Origin: an uncultured Pedosphaera sp.
GTDB taxonomy: Bacteria > Verrucomicrobiota > Verrucomicrobiia > Limisphaerales > UBA1100
Direction of reading: 5' to 3'
Assembly: GCA_964533265.1 (NCBI GenBank)
Contig: CAZHJW010000001.1
Coordinates: 53,254 to 117,253, forward strand
DNA: 64,000 bases
Both the position numbers and the translations under genes were made by a program. The stretch's first letter is position 1, and the number at the start of each line of letters is the position of its first letter. Below are positions 1 to 9,820 of this stretch, in pieces. Below the pieces are notes generated by a model, which worked only from the letters and a program-made list of their open reading frames with translations, was not told the origin of the DNA and ran no database searches.

Positions 1-284
1 TGAAAGCCCCCGCTGTCAGTAAGGATTGGCTTTCCCCATCCCATGAATGAATGCAGACCGCCGGCTGCTTCAATAATTTCCGTGCCCGGCCTCAGGTTAA
101 GATGGTACGTGTTGCCAAGAATTATTTGTGACTGCAATTGGTTCAGGTCAGATGAATCTAGTGTTTTCACCGTCGCCCGGGTGCCAACCGGCATAAATAC
201 GGGGGTCTCAATTACTCCGTGGGCAGTGGTCAGTCGCCCGCGGCGAGCCTCTGATCCAGGATCAGTATTAAGTTTTTCAAACAT
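1..284 (-). CDS. tgt: queuine tRNA-ribosyltransferase (tRNA-guanine transglycosylase), N-terminal part; gene runs off the window start
   Basis: Not in the ORF track because it is open at the window edge. Manual minus-strand translation from the ATG at 284-282 gives [42 protein letters not shown]...[14 protein letters not shown]...[10 protein letters not shown]. This is collinear with the bacterial Tgt N-terminus (RARRGRL / ETPxFMPVGT / ILGNTxHL / ILTDSGGF blocks). It overlaps the proS stop by 8 nt. Confidence 0.85.
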   Translation of the reverse strand, partial: MFEKLNTDPGSEARRGRLTTAHGVIETPVFMPVGTRATVKTLDSSDLNQLQSQIILGNTYHLNLRPGTEIIEAAGGLHSFMGWGKPILTDSGGF

Positions 285-1989
285 CAGTTAAGGCACTCTT
301 CACCTTTGTAACCGCTTGATCCAGAGGGACAGATTCACGTTGATTGTTGGAGCGCAGGGTAAATTCAACATTCCCATTTTCGAGTGACTTGGTGCCGATC
401 CCCAAGCGAACCGGGAATCCTACCAGCTCAGAATCTTTGAATTTGAACCCGGGCCGCAGCTCTCGGTCATCCAAGATGACATCATACCCCGTTTCAGTGA
501 GTTCTGCATATATTTCAAGCGCTGCCTTCATTACCGCCCCCCCAGGCTCAACATCCAGAGCAGTTATGCATACCTGCCAGGGCGCGACGCTAACCGGCCA
601 TATAATGCCATTGTCATCGTGGCTATATTCAATGATCGCCTGCAGAGTCCTGGTTATCCCTAGGCCATAGCAACCCATTATTGGCGCAATTTTCTTACCC
701 TTTTCATCTAAAAAACTCGCTTCTAGCGCGTCGCAGTATTTTGTTCCTAGCTTGAATACATGCCCAACCTCGATTGCTCTTCGGATTTTAATCGTCTGAC
801 CATCAGTGCTAAGCTCCCCTTCCCGTACAGTCCTTAATTGCTCAAATTTAACGTTCGGCAAATCGCGACTGACATTTACATTTCGCAGGTGGAATCCATC
901 CTTGTTCGCGCCGGTCACCATACCTGCAGCTCCCTCTAAATAGGAGTCAGCATAAACCTTCATTTTCTCTATGCCGACTCCGCCCAGACTCCCGGGTAAA
1001 GCTCCCAGTTCTTTCTGGATTTCATCGTGTTCTGCCGGTCTGAAAATTGTCGTTCCAAAAGCTGCGGCCAATTTAGATTCATTCGCCTCATCGTCACCTC
1101 TGACAAGGGCAATAACCGGTTCGCCCTCTACGATGTAAACCAACGTTTTAATTTGAGACGAGGCAGGTACATTAAAAGGTTCATTCTCCAAGTCTTCAAT
1201 CGTCTTAACCCCTGGGGTCTCAAACTCCTCAAGGCTACCCGTACATACATTCGGCGCCTGATGCTGCGGTCCTTGACTTGCCGCCTTCTCCAGGTTGGCG
1301 CTATAAACCCCGTCTTCCGTGTAGGCTACTTCACTTTCACCTGTCTGTGCAGGGACCATGAATTCATGAGAATGATTACCGCCCATAACTCCGGCATCCG
1401 CATCGACTGGGAAAGACTGGACACCGCATCGATCAAAGATGCGGACATATGCATCATACATTTTTTGGTAACTGATCAACGCATCCTCGTCAGTCGCATC
1501 GAAACTGTAGGCGTCCTTCATGATGAATTCACGCGCGCGCATTAGGCCAAAACGCGGTCTAATTTCATCTCTGAATTTTGTTTGAATCTGGTAAAAATTA
1601 AGAGGCAACTGCCGGTAGGAGTTTATTTCATTCGCGGCCATGGTTGTGACCACTTCTTCATGCGTTGGCCCCAGGAGCCACTCTCTTCCCTTGCTGTCAG
1701 ATACCTTGAAAAGAACATCTGCAGCTTGTTCGTACCTTCCGCTGGAACGCCAGATTTCAGGAGGCTGCACTGCTGGCATTAAAACCTCTAACGCCCCTGC
1801 GTGCTCCATTTCCTCGCGCACAATTTGTTCAATCTTACGCAAAACTCGAATGCCTGCCGGTAAAAACGTGTAAAGACCTCCGGCAAGCTTGCGCACCAAA
1901 CCGGCACGAAGTAGGAGCTGATGGGAAACGATTTCAGCTTCAGCCGGGGCTTCTTTGAGTGTGGGGATAAATGTGTCACTCCAGCGCAT
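277..1989 (-). CDS. proS: proline--tRNA ligase (bacterial type with insertion/editing domain)
   Basis: 570-aa ORF. The N-terminus [44 protein letters not shown], the class II aaRS core and the C-terminal anticodon-binding region are typical of ProRS. Confidence 0.93.
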   Translation of the reverse strand: MRWSDTFIPTLKEAPAEAEIVSHQLLLRAGLVRKLAGGLYTFLPAGIRVLRKIEQIVREEMEHAGALEVLMPAVQPPEIWRSSGRYEQAADVLFKVSDSKGREWLLGPTHEEVVTTMAANEINSYRQLPLNFYQIQTKFRDEIRPRFGLMRAREFIMKDAYSFDATDEDALISYQKMYDAYVRIFDRCGVQSFPVDADAGVMGGNHSHEFMVPAQTGESEVAYTEDGVYSANLEKAASQGPQHQAPNVCTGSLEEFETPGVKTIEDLENEPFNVPASSQIKTLVYIVEGEPVIALVRGDDEANESKLAAAFGTTIFRPAEHDEIQKELGALPGSLGGVGIEKMKVYADSYLEGAAGMVTGANKDGFHLRNVNVSRDLPNVKFEQLRTVREGELSTDGQTIKIRRAIEVGHVFKLGTKYCDALEASFLDEKGKKIAPIMGCYGLGITRTLQAIIEYSHDDNGIIWPVSVAPWQVCITALDVEPGGAVMKAALEIYAELTETGYDVILDDRELRPGFKFKDSELVGFPVRLGIGTKSLENGNVEFTLRSNNQRESVPLDQAVTKVKSALTDV

Positions 1990-2028
1990 GGCTGTAGCTT
2001 TAACTGATGATGGGTGTAGGGGTAAAGA

Positions 2029-2787
2029 TTACTTCACTGTATTGCACAGTGCCTGCATATCTCCAATTCGCACTTCGAGCTTATCTCCACTGTCTATGGG
2101 GGCCACCCCGCTGGGTGTTCCTGTGAGGATGATATCTCCAGGGAGGAGTGTCATGTTGGTAGAAATGAAACTCACTAGCTGCGCGCAATTGAATATCATT
2201 TGGCTTGTATGTGAGTTTTGTCGCAATTGGCCGTTTTGAAAGAGTTGAATTGTGAGGTCTTGAGGATCAATTTTTGTCTCAATATACGGGCCAATTGGTG
2301 TAAAAGTATCAAAACTCTTGGCCCGCGCCCATTGGCTTTCGCTATGTTGGATATCCCGATCACTGATATCCTGAGCTGCGGTGTAGCCAAAGATATAACG
2401 GCCAGCAGCTTGTGGGGAAACATTTCTTATGCGGCGACCTATCACAATTGCCAGTTCAGCCTCAAAATCATTCCGATGTGTCGGAAACGGGATTTCTATT
2501 TTACCGCCATCAGGAATCAAGGAAGTTGGGGCTTTGAGCCAAAAAAGAGGCTGAGTTGGGGGTGTTAAATTAGATTCACGGGCGTGATCGGCGTAATTCA
2601 AGCCCACAGCGATAACCTTACTCGGTGCCACCGGGATAAGAGTCCGAATTCCCTTGGTAGGCGTTATGGGCCTTTTCACGTAGGATGGAGACCCGAAAAC
2701 ATCACCTTTTAATTTGTATAGCTTCCCGTCTACGACCTTGGCATAGAAAATGTCATCACCCTTTTGAAAACGTCCGATAGAGGCCAT
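2029..2787 (-). CDS. fumarylacetoacetate hydrolase (FAH) family protein
   Basis: 252-aa ORF. The block GLNYADHA...FWLKAPTSLIPDGGKIEIP...DFEAELAIVIGRR...GDIILTGTPSGV is the FAH-family C-terminal catalytic domain pattern. Confidence 0.85.
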   Translation of the reverse strand: MASIGRFQKGDDIFYAKVVDGKLYKLKGDVFGSPSYVKRPITPTKGIRTLIPVAPSKVIAVGLNYADHARESNLTPPTQPLFWLKAPTSLIPDGGKIEIPFPTHRNDFEAELAIVIGRRIRNVSPQAAGRYIFGYTAAQDISDRDIQHSESQWARAKSFDTFTPIGPYIETKIDPQDLTIQLFQNGQLRQNSHTSQMIFNCAQLVSFISTNMTLLPGDIILTGTPSGVAPIDSGDKLEVRIGDMQALCNTVK

Positions 2788-2912
2788 GCGCGCGAGTTAT
2801 TAACAGTTTTATAACAAAAGCTGCAAGATAAAAACCGTAGGTATATCCATTGAAATCGGAGTAATTATGATATTTATTCAATGTGTTATTAATATTTCGC
2901 GAATTTTTTCCA

Positions 2913-3266
2913 CTAGGCAGGAAATCTTTTAATTTTCACAGAAACGTAGGCAGTAGCCGGTAAGATAAACTTTTTAATTTCCACGGAGACGAGCTTTACC
3001 TTGAATTTAGCTAATATGAACGAGGCAATATCTTCGGCTAAAGTTTCGATTAATTTACGCTCCCGTTCCGCGCATACTTCCTTAACACACAAATAAACCG
3101 AATGGTAATCGATTGTCGCCATCAAATTGTCTTCTGCTGACGCTTTCGTAAAGTCGGTCTCTAGTTCCAGTGATATGAGCAGGCGCTGAGGTGTTTGCCG
3201 TTCTTCATCAGGAACTCCAATGCTGCATCGAGCTTCAATATCGGAGATTAGTATTCTATCATTCAT
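2913..3266 (-). CDS. folB: dihydroneopterin aldolase
   Basis: 117-aa ORF. ILISDIEARCSIGVPDEERQTPQRLLISLELETDF...TIDYHSV...ETLAEDIA matches the FolB tunnelling-fold pattern. It has a 4-nt overlap with the upstream HAD gene. Confidence 0.8.
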   Translation of the reverse strand: MNDRILISDIEARCSIGVPDEERQTPQRLLISLELETDFTKASAEDNLMATIDYHSVYLCVKEVCAERERKLIETLAEDIASFILAKFKVKLVSVEIKKFILPATAYVSVKIKRFPA

Positions 3267-3916
3267 GATAACGAGTCAACAGGGGGCCACTTCCAGGATG
3301 ACAAATCTAGTGATTCTTTTAGATGACCTAAATTATTCGCTATAAAATCTGGTTTCACTTGCTCTAATTGGTTTCTCTTGTTGTAGCCGGTAAGGACTGC
3401 GCAGGAGCCTACTTCGCCCAATTTCGCCGTTTCAACATCATGCTGCATGTCCCCAATAAAAATAGTTTCTGCAGGAAGTAGTTTGTTTTCACTAAGTATT
3501 TGGGAAATTTTTTCCCGCTTATCCATGACCCGAGTATATTCCATATCAAAATCGAAGTAGACCGTCTTCGATTGTACTTTGTAATGGTCAGGATGAATTG
3601 TGCTAAGTAAAAAAGTTTTCAGGTCGCTGTTTTTACAATAATCAAAAAAAGCTTTCGCATGAGGTAGCGGCCTAATATTCCTTTGCTCTTCTTTAAAGCT
3701 TTCCTTATACCACTCCTCCAATACATCGAGCGGAACGCCAGGAGTGATACGTTCGTAAAACGCATCAAAGGGCAGGCAGAATTCGGACCTGAATTGATCA
3801 AGAGAAAGCGCAGAGTGCCCGCATTTCTCAATCGTAAAATTGGTCGAGATCCATACTGCTTCTAAATCATCAACCAAAGTTCCGGACCAGTCAAAAATCA
3901 CATTACGGATCATCAC
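3263..3916 (-). CDS. HAD-superfamily hydrolase (phosphatase-like)
   Basis: 217-aa ORF. HAD motif I is VIFDWSGTLVDD and motif IV is FIGDMQHDVETA. The substrate cannot be assigned from sequence. Confidence 0.75.
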   Translation of the reverse strand: MMIRNVIFDWSGTLVDDLEAVWISTNFTIEKCGHSALSLDQFRSEFCLPFDAFYERITPGVPLDVLEEWYKESFKEEQRNIRPLPHAKAFFDYCKNSDLKTFLLSTIHPDHYKVQSKTVYFDFDMEYTRVMDKREKISQILSENKLLPAETIFIGDMQHDVETAKLGEVGSCAVLTGYNKRNQLEQVKPDFIANNLGHLKESLDLSSWKWPPVDSLS

Positions 3917-5303
3917 CTTGACCCTTGGCGGTGGTTTTTTCAGGCATAATGATAAATTTAGCGGCTGGGATTGCAGCTAATATCGCAATTACTGCGCAAA
4001 TCAAATAAGGTAAATCGATTCGAATATCCATTAGGCCGAGAGCAAAAAGGGGGCCAATAATTCTAGCCAAACTGCCCACGCTTTGAGTGACCCCCATCAC
4101 TTCGCCTTGCTCTTCTGCAGAAGCATTCAATGATATCAGGCCAAATGTCGGTGCTCGGTATAAACTGGAGCTAACAGCAAATAGCGCTAAAATAATCATT
4201 AGGCACGCCAAGCCTGTGCCGTGCGTGCAATAAGGCATAAAAGCAAGGCTGAGGCCGACGAAAGATATCCCTATAACAACCAGTTTCTTTTCTCCCAGAT
4301 ATTTTACAAGCGGGCCTATGCATCCACCCTGAACGATGGCCCCGATAAAGCCGCAAAAAGCCATCAGCCAATACGCTTTTGTTTTGGTTGTGTTGATTTG
4401 CGCGGAATTGTCTTCAAGTCGATCCAGCCTACCAGTGGTAGATGCGGTTAAGGTCTCGCCGCTCCGGGAAACAGCAAGTCGATCGCCTTTACGGACTTCA
4501 TCCCCATCGTTTACCTCCCACCTAAGGCCTCCTCCTTCCGGGAGATCAACCTCTTCCACGAATTGAAAGTTACCCGGCCTTTCTTTCGTGCCGGCGAAAA
4601 GAACAGCAAAAGTGGACTCGAAGCATGTGAAGCAAAATGTTGCTAAGAAAAAAATGCCGATCAGATATCCAAGTTGCGGTCTTTTTAAAACTTCCGCCAG
4701 CTGGTTTAATCTTGGGGAGGGCTCGGCCGGCTCAGATTCAGGACTGCGGCTTTCTCCCAATATGAAAAACGCAAGTATTAGATTGAAACCACAAATGCTG
4801 GCAGCCACCCATCCCGGGCCTGCAACACCAAACCAGCCAGCACTCAGGGCACCTAGAACCGGTCCAAAGATAAATCCGAATCCAAAGGCCATGCCGATAA
4901 GGCCCATTCTTTTGGATCGATCTTCTGGTGGAGATATATCAGCAATATAAGCGCTGGCTACTGAAAGGTTTGCCCCACATATTCCGGCTGCTAAACGGGA
5001 AGTTAAAAGTAGTAAAACAGATTTTTCAACACAACCTATCGCAAACACGAAATAAGATATACATGCTCCAGCTGTACTCACCAATAAAACCGGGCGCCGA
5101 CCGACTCGATCGCTCAAACGCCCCCATATGGGCGAGAATATAAATTGCATTAAAGAGTAAGCGGCAACAATGCCTCCTGCCGCTAGGCCAGAGGCTCCGA
5201 ATTCCTTGCTATACAGAGGCAGCATTGGCAGAACAATTCCGAAACCGACAAGGTCGATAAACACTGTCAGGAATATGATCAGTAATGAGGCTTTTCTTGC
5301 CAT
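3903..5303 (-). CDS. MFS transporter (drug:H+ antiporter-like) with an about 70-aa insertion between TM7 and TM8
   Basis: 466-aa ORF. It has about 12 hydrophobic helices and the MFS loop 2-3 signature GRLSDRVGRRP. The insertion is at aa 238-309 (see findings). Confidence 0.85.
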   Translation of the reverse strand: MARKASLLIIFLTVFIDLVGFGIVLPMLPLYSKEFGASGLAAGGIVAAYSLMQFIFSPIWGRLSDRVGRRPVLLVSTAGACISYFVFAIGCVEKSVLLLLTSRLAAGICGANLSVASAYIADISPPEDRSKRMGLIGMAFGFGFIFGPVLGALSAGWFGVAGPGWVAASICGFNLILAFFILGESRSPESEPAEPSPRLNQLAEVLKRPQLGYLIGIFFLATFCFTCFESTFAVLFAGTKERPGNFQFVEEVDLPEGGGLRWEVNDGDEVRKGDRLAVSRSGETLTASTTGRLDRLEDNSAQINTTKTKAYWLMAFCGFIGAIVQGGCIGPLVKYLGEKKLVVIGISFVGLSLAFMPYCTHGTGLACLMIILALFAVSSSLYRAPTFGLISLNASAEEQGEVMGVTQSVGSLARIIGPLFALGLMDIRIDLPYLICAVIAILAAIPAAKFIIMPEKTTAKGQGDDP

Positions 5304-5357
5304 AACAGAAAGCGCGAAACCTATCCTTGGAAGCGGGAGGTATAAAGGATAATTGCT

Positions 5358-8300
5358 TTAAATATTATGTATCTCAAAGCCTTGCTCGCAGCTATCTTTA
5401 GTTGGAGCAGGCCTTTGACTGCCGTAAAGCCAGCCCCAAGAATGCTTGATGTCCTCGAGTATTACATACCCGGCGGGCACAAGGACCAACGTAACAATCG
5501 TTGCGAACATAACCCCGAAACTGAGTGAGATGGCCATCGGCACAAGAAACTGTGCTTGGACGCTCTTCTCAAAAAACACTAGTGGTGCTAGGCCGGCAAA
5601 GGTTGTTAAAGATGTTAAAAGTATAGCTCGGAATCGGGCTACTCCGCTCACCCGGACCGCATCAATAATCCCCTTATATTTAGGTCGGTTGCGGTTCACA
5701 TAATCAACCATGACCAAACTGTCATTTACAACGATTCCGGTTAAGGCCACCACACCAAACATAGAGAGTATTGTGAGGTCCATGCCCATAATTAAATGAC
5801 CCAAGACTGCGCCGATTAATCCAAAAGGGATCGCACACATGACAATAAACGGCTGCAAATATGAGCCAAAGGGGATGGCTAAAAGCGCATATATGATAAC
5901 CATAGCGACTAAATATGAACGAAACATACTGGCAAGTGTCTGTTCCTGCTCTTGGCGGTCCCCTACAAATGTGTACTGCAGTCCCGGGTTTTTGTCTAAT
6001 AAAGTGGGCAGTTCTTCACTTCTTAGGCGATTAATTATCTTGTTAGATTCAACTTTTTTAATATCAACATCAGCAGTGATATTAACCGAACGCCTTCCGT
6101 CAACCCTGCGAATAGTCGCATACCCCCTACCCTCTGTTGCCGAGGCAATTTGAGTCAAAGGTATCTGCTTGCCTGTGGAAGTACGGATTCTCAGGTCGTA
6201 TAAATCTCGAACGGACTGACGATTAATTTTTGGGTACCTCACCATCACTTTTACATCGTCCCTGTCACGCTGAATACGTTGTGCTTCCTCACCATAAAAA
6301 GCTTGGCGCACTTGCCTGGCTAAGTCCTCCTGTCGCAACCCTAATGCATGCCCCAGCTCATTAAGTTCCAAATTAATCTCCCGCTTCCCTAGCCTGAACG
6401 AATCACTAATATCCCGAACACCGTCTATAGCCTTGAGTTGATCCTTCAGTTCGAGAGCCGCTGTCTGGAGCGTTTTTATATCGGGCCCACTTAATCGAAT
6501 GTTAATTGGCTTTCCTGCAGAAAATATACTTGCACTAAAGCCAACTTCAACGGCGCCTGGAAATTCGCCCGCCAATTCTCTCCATCGATTGGCTATCTCC
6601 TGACTGGTGATTGTTCTTTCTTCCGATGGAGCCACCTCAAGGTGAACCTCCCCTTTATGACTGCCAAAATGGCTCGACCCATAATTACCACCAGCTTTTT
6701 CAGCCTCGGTTCTGAAAGGTTGTTGCCCTACAGAGGCAAGTGAATGGAGAATCACATTCGTATTCCCTGAACCACCGGAAAATTCTACTTCCATTTTTTC
6801 TGCTGCAGCAGACAAGCGCCTTATAGCTTCAGTTGTTTTTTCAACTGGTATACCTCTTGGGTAAGTGATCCAAGCAGCCACATTGTCGCCTTCTACCGGC
6901 GGAAAGAAAGTAAACCGGAAATGCCCTCCGGCATAGCCCGCCACAGTAAGCATCAAAGCTGAAAATCCAATGCAGACGGTTAGATATCTCCATTTCAAGC
7001 AGAAATCTAAGGTTGGCTGATAAATCTTAAGGGCAAATTGTTCTGCAGCAGAAGCAAAAAGGTTCTGAAAGCGAGCCCAAAGACTTTGAGGCTTAGCGGT
7101 GTGGGCGTCTGGTAAATCTCTTAAATGAGCAGGGAGGATGACCAAGCATTCAAGGAGTGAAAAGAATAAGGTGGGGATTACAATCAAAGGAATAAAGCGC
7201 AATATTTTCCCAGTATTACCTTCGACTTGAAGTAGCGGATAAAAAGCCGCAATTGTGGTGAGAACACCAAAAACCACTGGCCGCGCGACTTCCTTGGCTC
7301 CTGCTAGCGTGCTCTTAATCCCCGGCCCGTAACGTTGTTGGTAAGTGTAGATATTCTCCCCCATAACAATTGCGTCATCCACCACAATCCCAAGTACTAC
7401 GATGAACGCAAAGAGGCTAATCAGGCTAATTGAAACATCCATGCTCGGCATTAGCCATAGAGTTCCCAAAAATGAAACAGGGATGCCAAAAGTCACCCAA
7501 ATGGCAAGTCGGAATCGGAGGAACAGGGCCAAAATTAAGAAGACCAAAATTAAACCTGCCTTCCCATTCCGATAGAGCAAGTCTAACCTTCCGCGTAAAT
7601 AGCTTGAGTCATCCTGCCAGGTCTCGAGAGACACTCCTGCCGGCATAGTTGCCTGCGCCGAAGAAACATATTGTTTTGCCGCTTCTGAAATTTCCAGCGC
7701 GCCCTGGTTGCCGACTCTAAAAACTTTAACTAAAGCGGCGGGTCGCCCATCAAACATCGAATTGGAATCGACCTCAGCAAATCCATTATTGATGACCGCC
7801 ACCTCTCCAAGAGTCATTCGTGAACCATCGACATTAGTTCGCAGCGGCAACCTCTCAAAATCTTTTTTACTATATGCTTGGAAATTTGATCGAAGGAGAA
7901 TTTCGCCTCCGCCTGTCTTGATAGAGCCACCAGGAAGATTCAATGAACTACGACGGATTGCAGCAGCCACTTCATCAAACGTTAACCCGAATCGGCGCAG
8001 GTCATCCTCACGCAGTTCGATTGATATTTCATAAGGCCGCACATTAAACAGTTCAACTTGAGAAATCTCGGGTAGAGCTAACAATTCGTCTCGGACTCTT
8101 TCGCCTGATCGTTTTAGGGCCATCTCACCCGCATCTCCGTAAACAGCTACATTGATGACCTGTTTGCGGATAATAAAATCTGTAATAACAGGTTTTTTCG
8201 CTTCCTCAGGAAATGTCTCAATGGCGTCGACTCTTGCCTTAGCCTTATCCAAAAATGAATCTGAGTCGGTTTGAGGTAAAAGCTCTATCGAAATAACCCC

Positions 8301-8567
8301 TGTATTCTCAGATGATCTGGAGACAACCTGTTTTACACCCGAGAGCCCCTGTACAGCCTGTTCAACACGAGCACAAATCATTTCCTCAACTTCTTCCGGG
8401 GCAGCCCCCGGGAACGGGACCTCAATCAAAACCCAATCAGAGTCAAACTCCGGGAACACTTCTTGTTTGATTTGAGGCACGGCCATTAATCCCGAAATAA
8501 TCACAAAGGCTGCGACTAAATTGGCAGCAACCCTATTACGCGCAAACCATTCTACAAGGCGATTCAT
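5358..8567 (-). CDS. RND efflux transporter permease (AcrB/CzcA family)
   Basis: 1069-aa ORF with the 12-TM, two-large-periplasmic-loop architecture. The N-terminus is MNRLVEWFARNRVAANLVAAFVIISG. It has a 4-nt overlap with the MFP gene. Confidence 0.92.
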   Translation of the reverse strand: MNRLVEWFARNRVAANLVAAFVIISGLMAVPQIKQEVFPEFDSDWVLIEVPFPGAAPEEVEEMICARVEQAVQGLSGVKQVVSRSSENTGVISIELLPQTDSDSFLDKAKARVDAIETFPEEAKKPVITDFIIRKQVINVAVYGDAGEMALKRSGERVRDELLALPEISQVELFNVRPYEISIELREDDLRRFGLTFDEVAAAIRRSSLNLPGGSIKTGGGEILLRSNFQAYSKKDFERLPLRTNVDGSRMTLGEVAVINNGFAEVDSNSMFDGRPAALVKVFRVGNQGALEISEAAKQYVSSAQATMPAGVSLETWQDDSSYLRGRLDLLYRNGKAGLILVFLILALFLRFRLAIWVTFGIPVSFLGTLWLMPSMDVSISLISLFAFIVVLGIVVDDAIVMGENIYTYQQRYGPGIKSTLAGAKEVARPVVFGVLTTIAAFYPLLQVEGNTGKILRFIPLIVIPTLFFSLLECLVILPAHLRDLPDAHTAKPQSLWARFQNLFASAAEQFALKIYQPTLDFCLKWRYLTVCIGFSALMLTVAGYAGGHFRFTFFPPVEGDNVAAWITYPRGIPVEKTTEAIRRLSAAAEKMEVEFSGGSGNTNVILHSLASVGQQPFRTEAEKAGGNYGSSHFGSHKGEVHLEVAPSEERTITSQEIANRWRELAGEFPGAVEVGFSASIFSAGKPINIRLSGPDIKTLQTAALELKDQLKAIDGVRDISDSFRLGKREINLELNELGHALGLRQEDLARQVRQAFYGEEAQRIQRDRDDVKVMVRYPKINRQSVRDLYDLRIRTSTGKQIPLTQIASATEGRGYATIRRVDGRRSVNITADVDIKKVESNKIINRLRSEELPTLLDKNPGLQYTFVGDRQEQEQTLASMFRSYLVAMVIIYALLAIPFGSYLQPFIVMCAIPFGLIGAVLGHLIMGMDLTILSMFGVVALTGIVVNDSLVMVDYVNRNRPKYKGIIDAVRVSGVARFRAILLTSLTTFAGLAPLVFFEKSVQAQFLVPMAISLSFGVMFATIVTLVLVPAGYVILEDIKHSWGWLYGSQRPAPTKDSCEQGFEIHNI

Positions 8568-9820
8568 TCAGACTCCCTCGCCAATATCACCTCCATACTT
8601 TCTTTAAATGAATCGAGTTGAGTGATGCATACTTGTTGTCCTTCTTTGAGGCCTAAGACATATACATGCCCGCGTTCATGGCGAACTATCTCTACCTTCA
8701 AAGAACTCAATTTCTTTTGTTTGTATAAAAACACTTGCTGATTATCGCGTAGCGCTGTTCCTGGAATACGATATACATTGGGAAGCGGGGCACCTTTTAT
8801 CGCGGCTTTGAGCAACAAGCCAAAGCGAAGAGGTTCTTTATTCGCATCATAAGGTTTGTTCACCCTCGCAACCACGCTAAGTGTCTGTGTCTGAGGGTCT
8901 ACGTCTCCGTATATTCTAGTTAAATGCCCATTCCAACTGTGACGACCGGAAACCAAAACAACCTCTGGTTTCGCTTGTTTTAACTCTTCCGACCTAAATC
9001 CAAGCAATTCGAAATCTTCCGAGGATAGCGGAACCTTAATCTCGCAGTAATCTGTTTTTTGCAAGGTTAAGGCAGGAGTTGTAGAGGCAACTGAAGATCC
9101 TACGTCAATTGAGATGCGGCTAATTCTTGCATCGAACGGCGCAGCAACAATGCAACGGTCTATATCCAGCAATGCTTGATCCTTAATCGCCTCGGCTGCT
9201 TTCAATACTGCTTCGCCGGTTCGGGCTCTGATAGTTGCAGCACTTGCCTGGGCCTTAGCAGAAGCTATCGCCGCTAGTGCTTCATTTATTTGTGGCTTTC
9301 TAACAAGCAGGTCAGGCGGGTCCCCTTTCCTTCCCAGCAACAGCCATTCCTGGTTTGCGGCTAATGCTTCTGCTTTTTCCCGAAACAATATTGCTTTAGC
9401 CTGAATCGCCTGGGCTTCTGAAGATTCAACTTGAGCAAATGAATTCGTAATTGCCGCTTTAGCGGAGGCGATTTCCGATTCAGCTTTTTTCAAAGCCAGC
9501 TTGTAATCACTGCTATCTATCTCGTATAGCCTTTGCCCTTTATTAACCAAGGCACCCGAAAAAACCTTTTCCGACATTGAGACAATCCTGCCACTAACTT
9601 CCGGCCCAAATGCAATGGTTCGCCCCGGTTCGACAATCCCTTGAGAGTGAATTAAGGGCACATAGATCTCAGGTTTGACAGGAATAACTTCAACAGTAGG
9701 GCGGAACGGCGCTACTATTTCCGGAGTAATTACTTTTCTGTTTTTCAGCAACCAAAAGGCACCTAAAGATCCGCTGCCAAGCATGATTAAAGGAAGGAGT
9801 ATTTGGAGTGAACGCCTCAT
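8564..9820 (-). CDS. RND efflux periplasmic adaptor (membrane fusion protein, HlyD family)
   Basis: 418-aa ORF. It has an N-terminal membrane anchor, a lipoyl-like block (GRIVSMSEKVFSGALVNKGQRLYEID), a long A/E/Q-rich coiled-coil hairpin and beta-barrel regions. It sits between the OMF and RND genes. Confidence 0.88.
   Translation of the reverse strand: MRRSLQILLPLIMLGSGSLGAFWLLKNRKVITPEIVAPFRPTVEVIPVKPEIYVPLIHSQGIVEPGRTIAFGPEVSGRIVSMSEKVFSGALVNKGQRLYEIDSSDYKLALKKAESEIASAKAAITNSFAQVESSEAQAIQAKAILFREKAEALAANQEWLLLGRKGDPPDLLVRKPQINEALAAIASAKAQASAATIRARTGEAVLKAAEAIKDQALLDIDRCIVAAPFDARISRISIDVGSSVASTTPALTLQKTDYCEIKVPLSSEDFELLGFRSEELKQAKPEVVLVSGRHSWNGHLTRIYGDVDPQTQTLSVVARVNKPYDANKEPLRFGLLLKAAIKGAPLPNVYRIPGTALRDNQQVFLYKQKKLSSLKVEIVRHERGHVYVLGLKEGQQVCITQLDSFKESMEVILARESE

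Noticed and set aside
43-291. 82-aa plus-strand ORF at the window start.
   Set aside because: It lies antisense to a clear Tgt N-terminal coding sequence and is therefore a shadow ORF.
2788-2912. AT-rich 125-bp intergenic region between the FAH-family gene and folB, examined for an sRNA or terminator.
   Set aside because: Only a 4-bp TTCG/CGAA palindrome with no loop and no convincing stem-plus-U-tract is present. It is most simply a promoter/UTR region.
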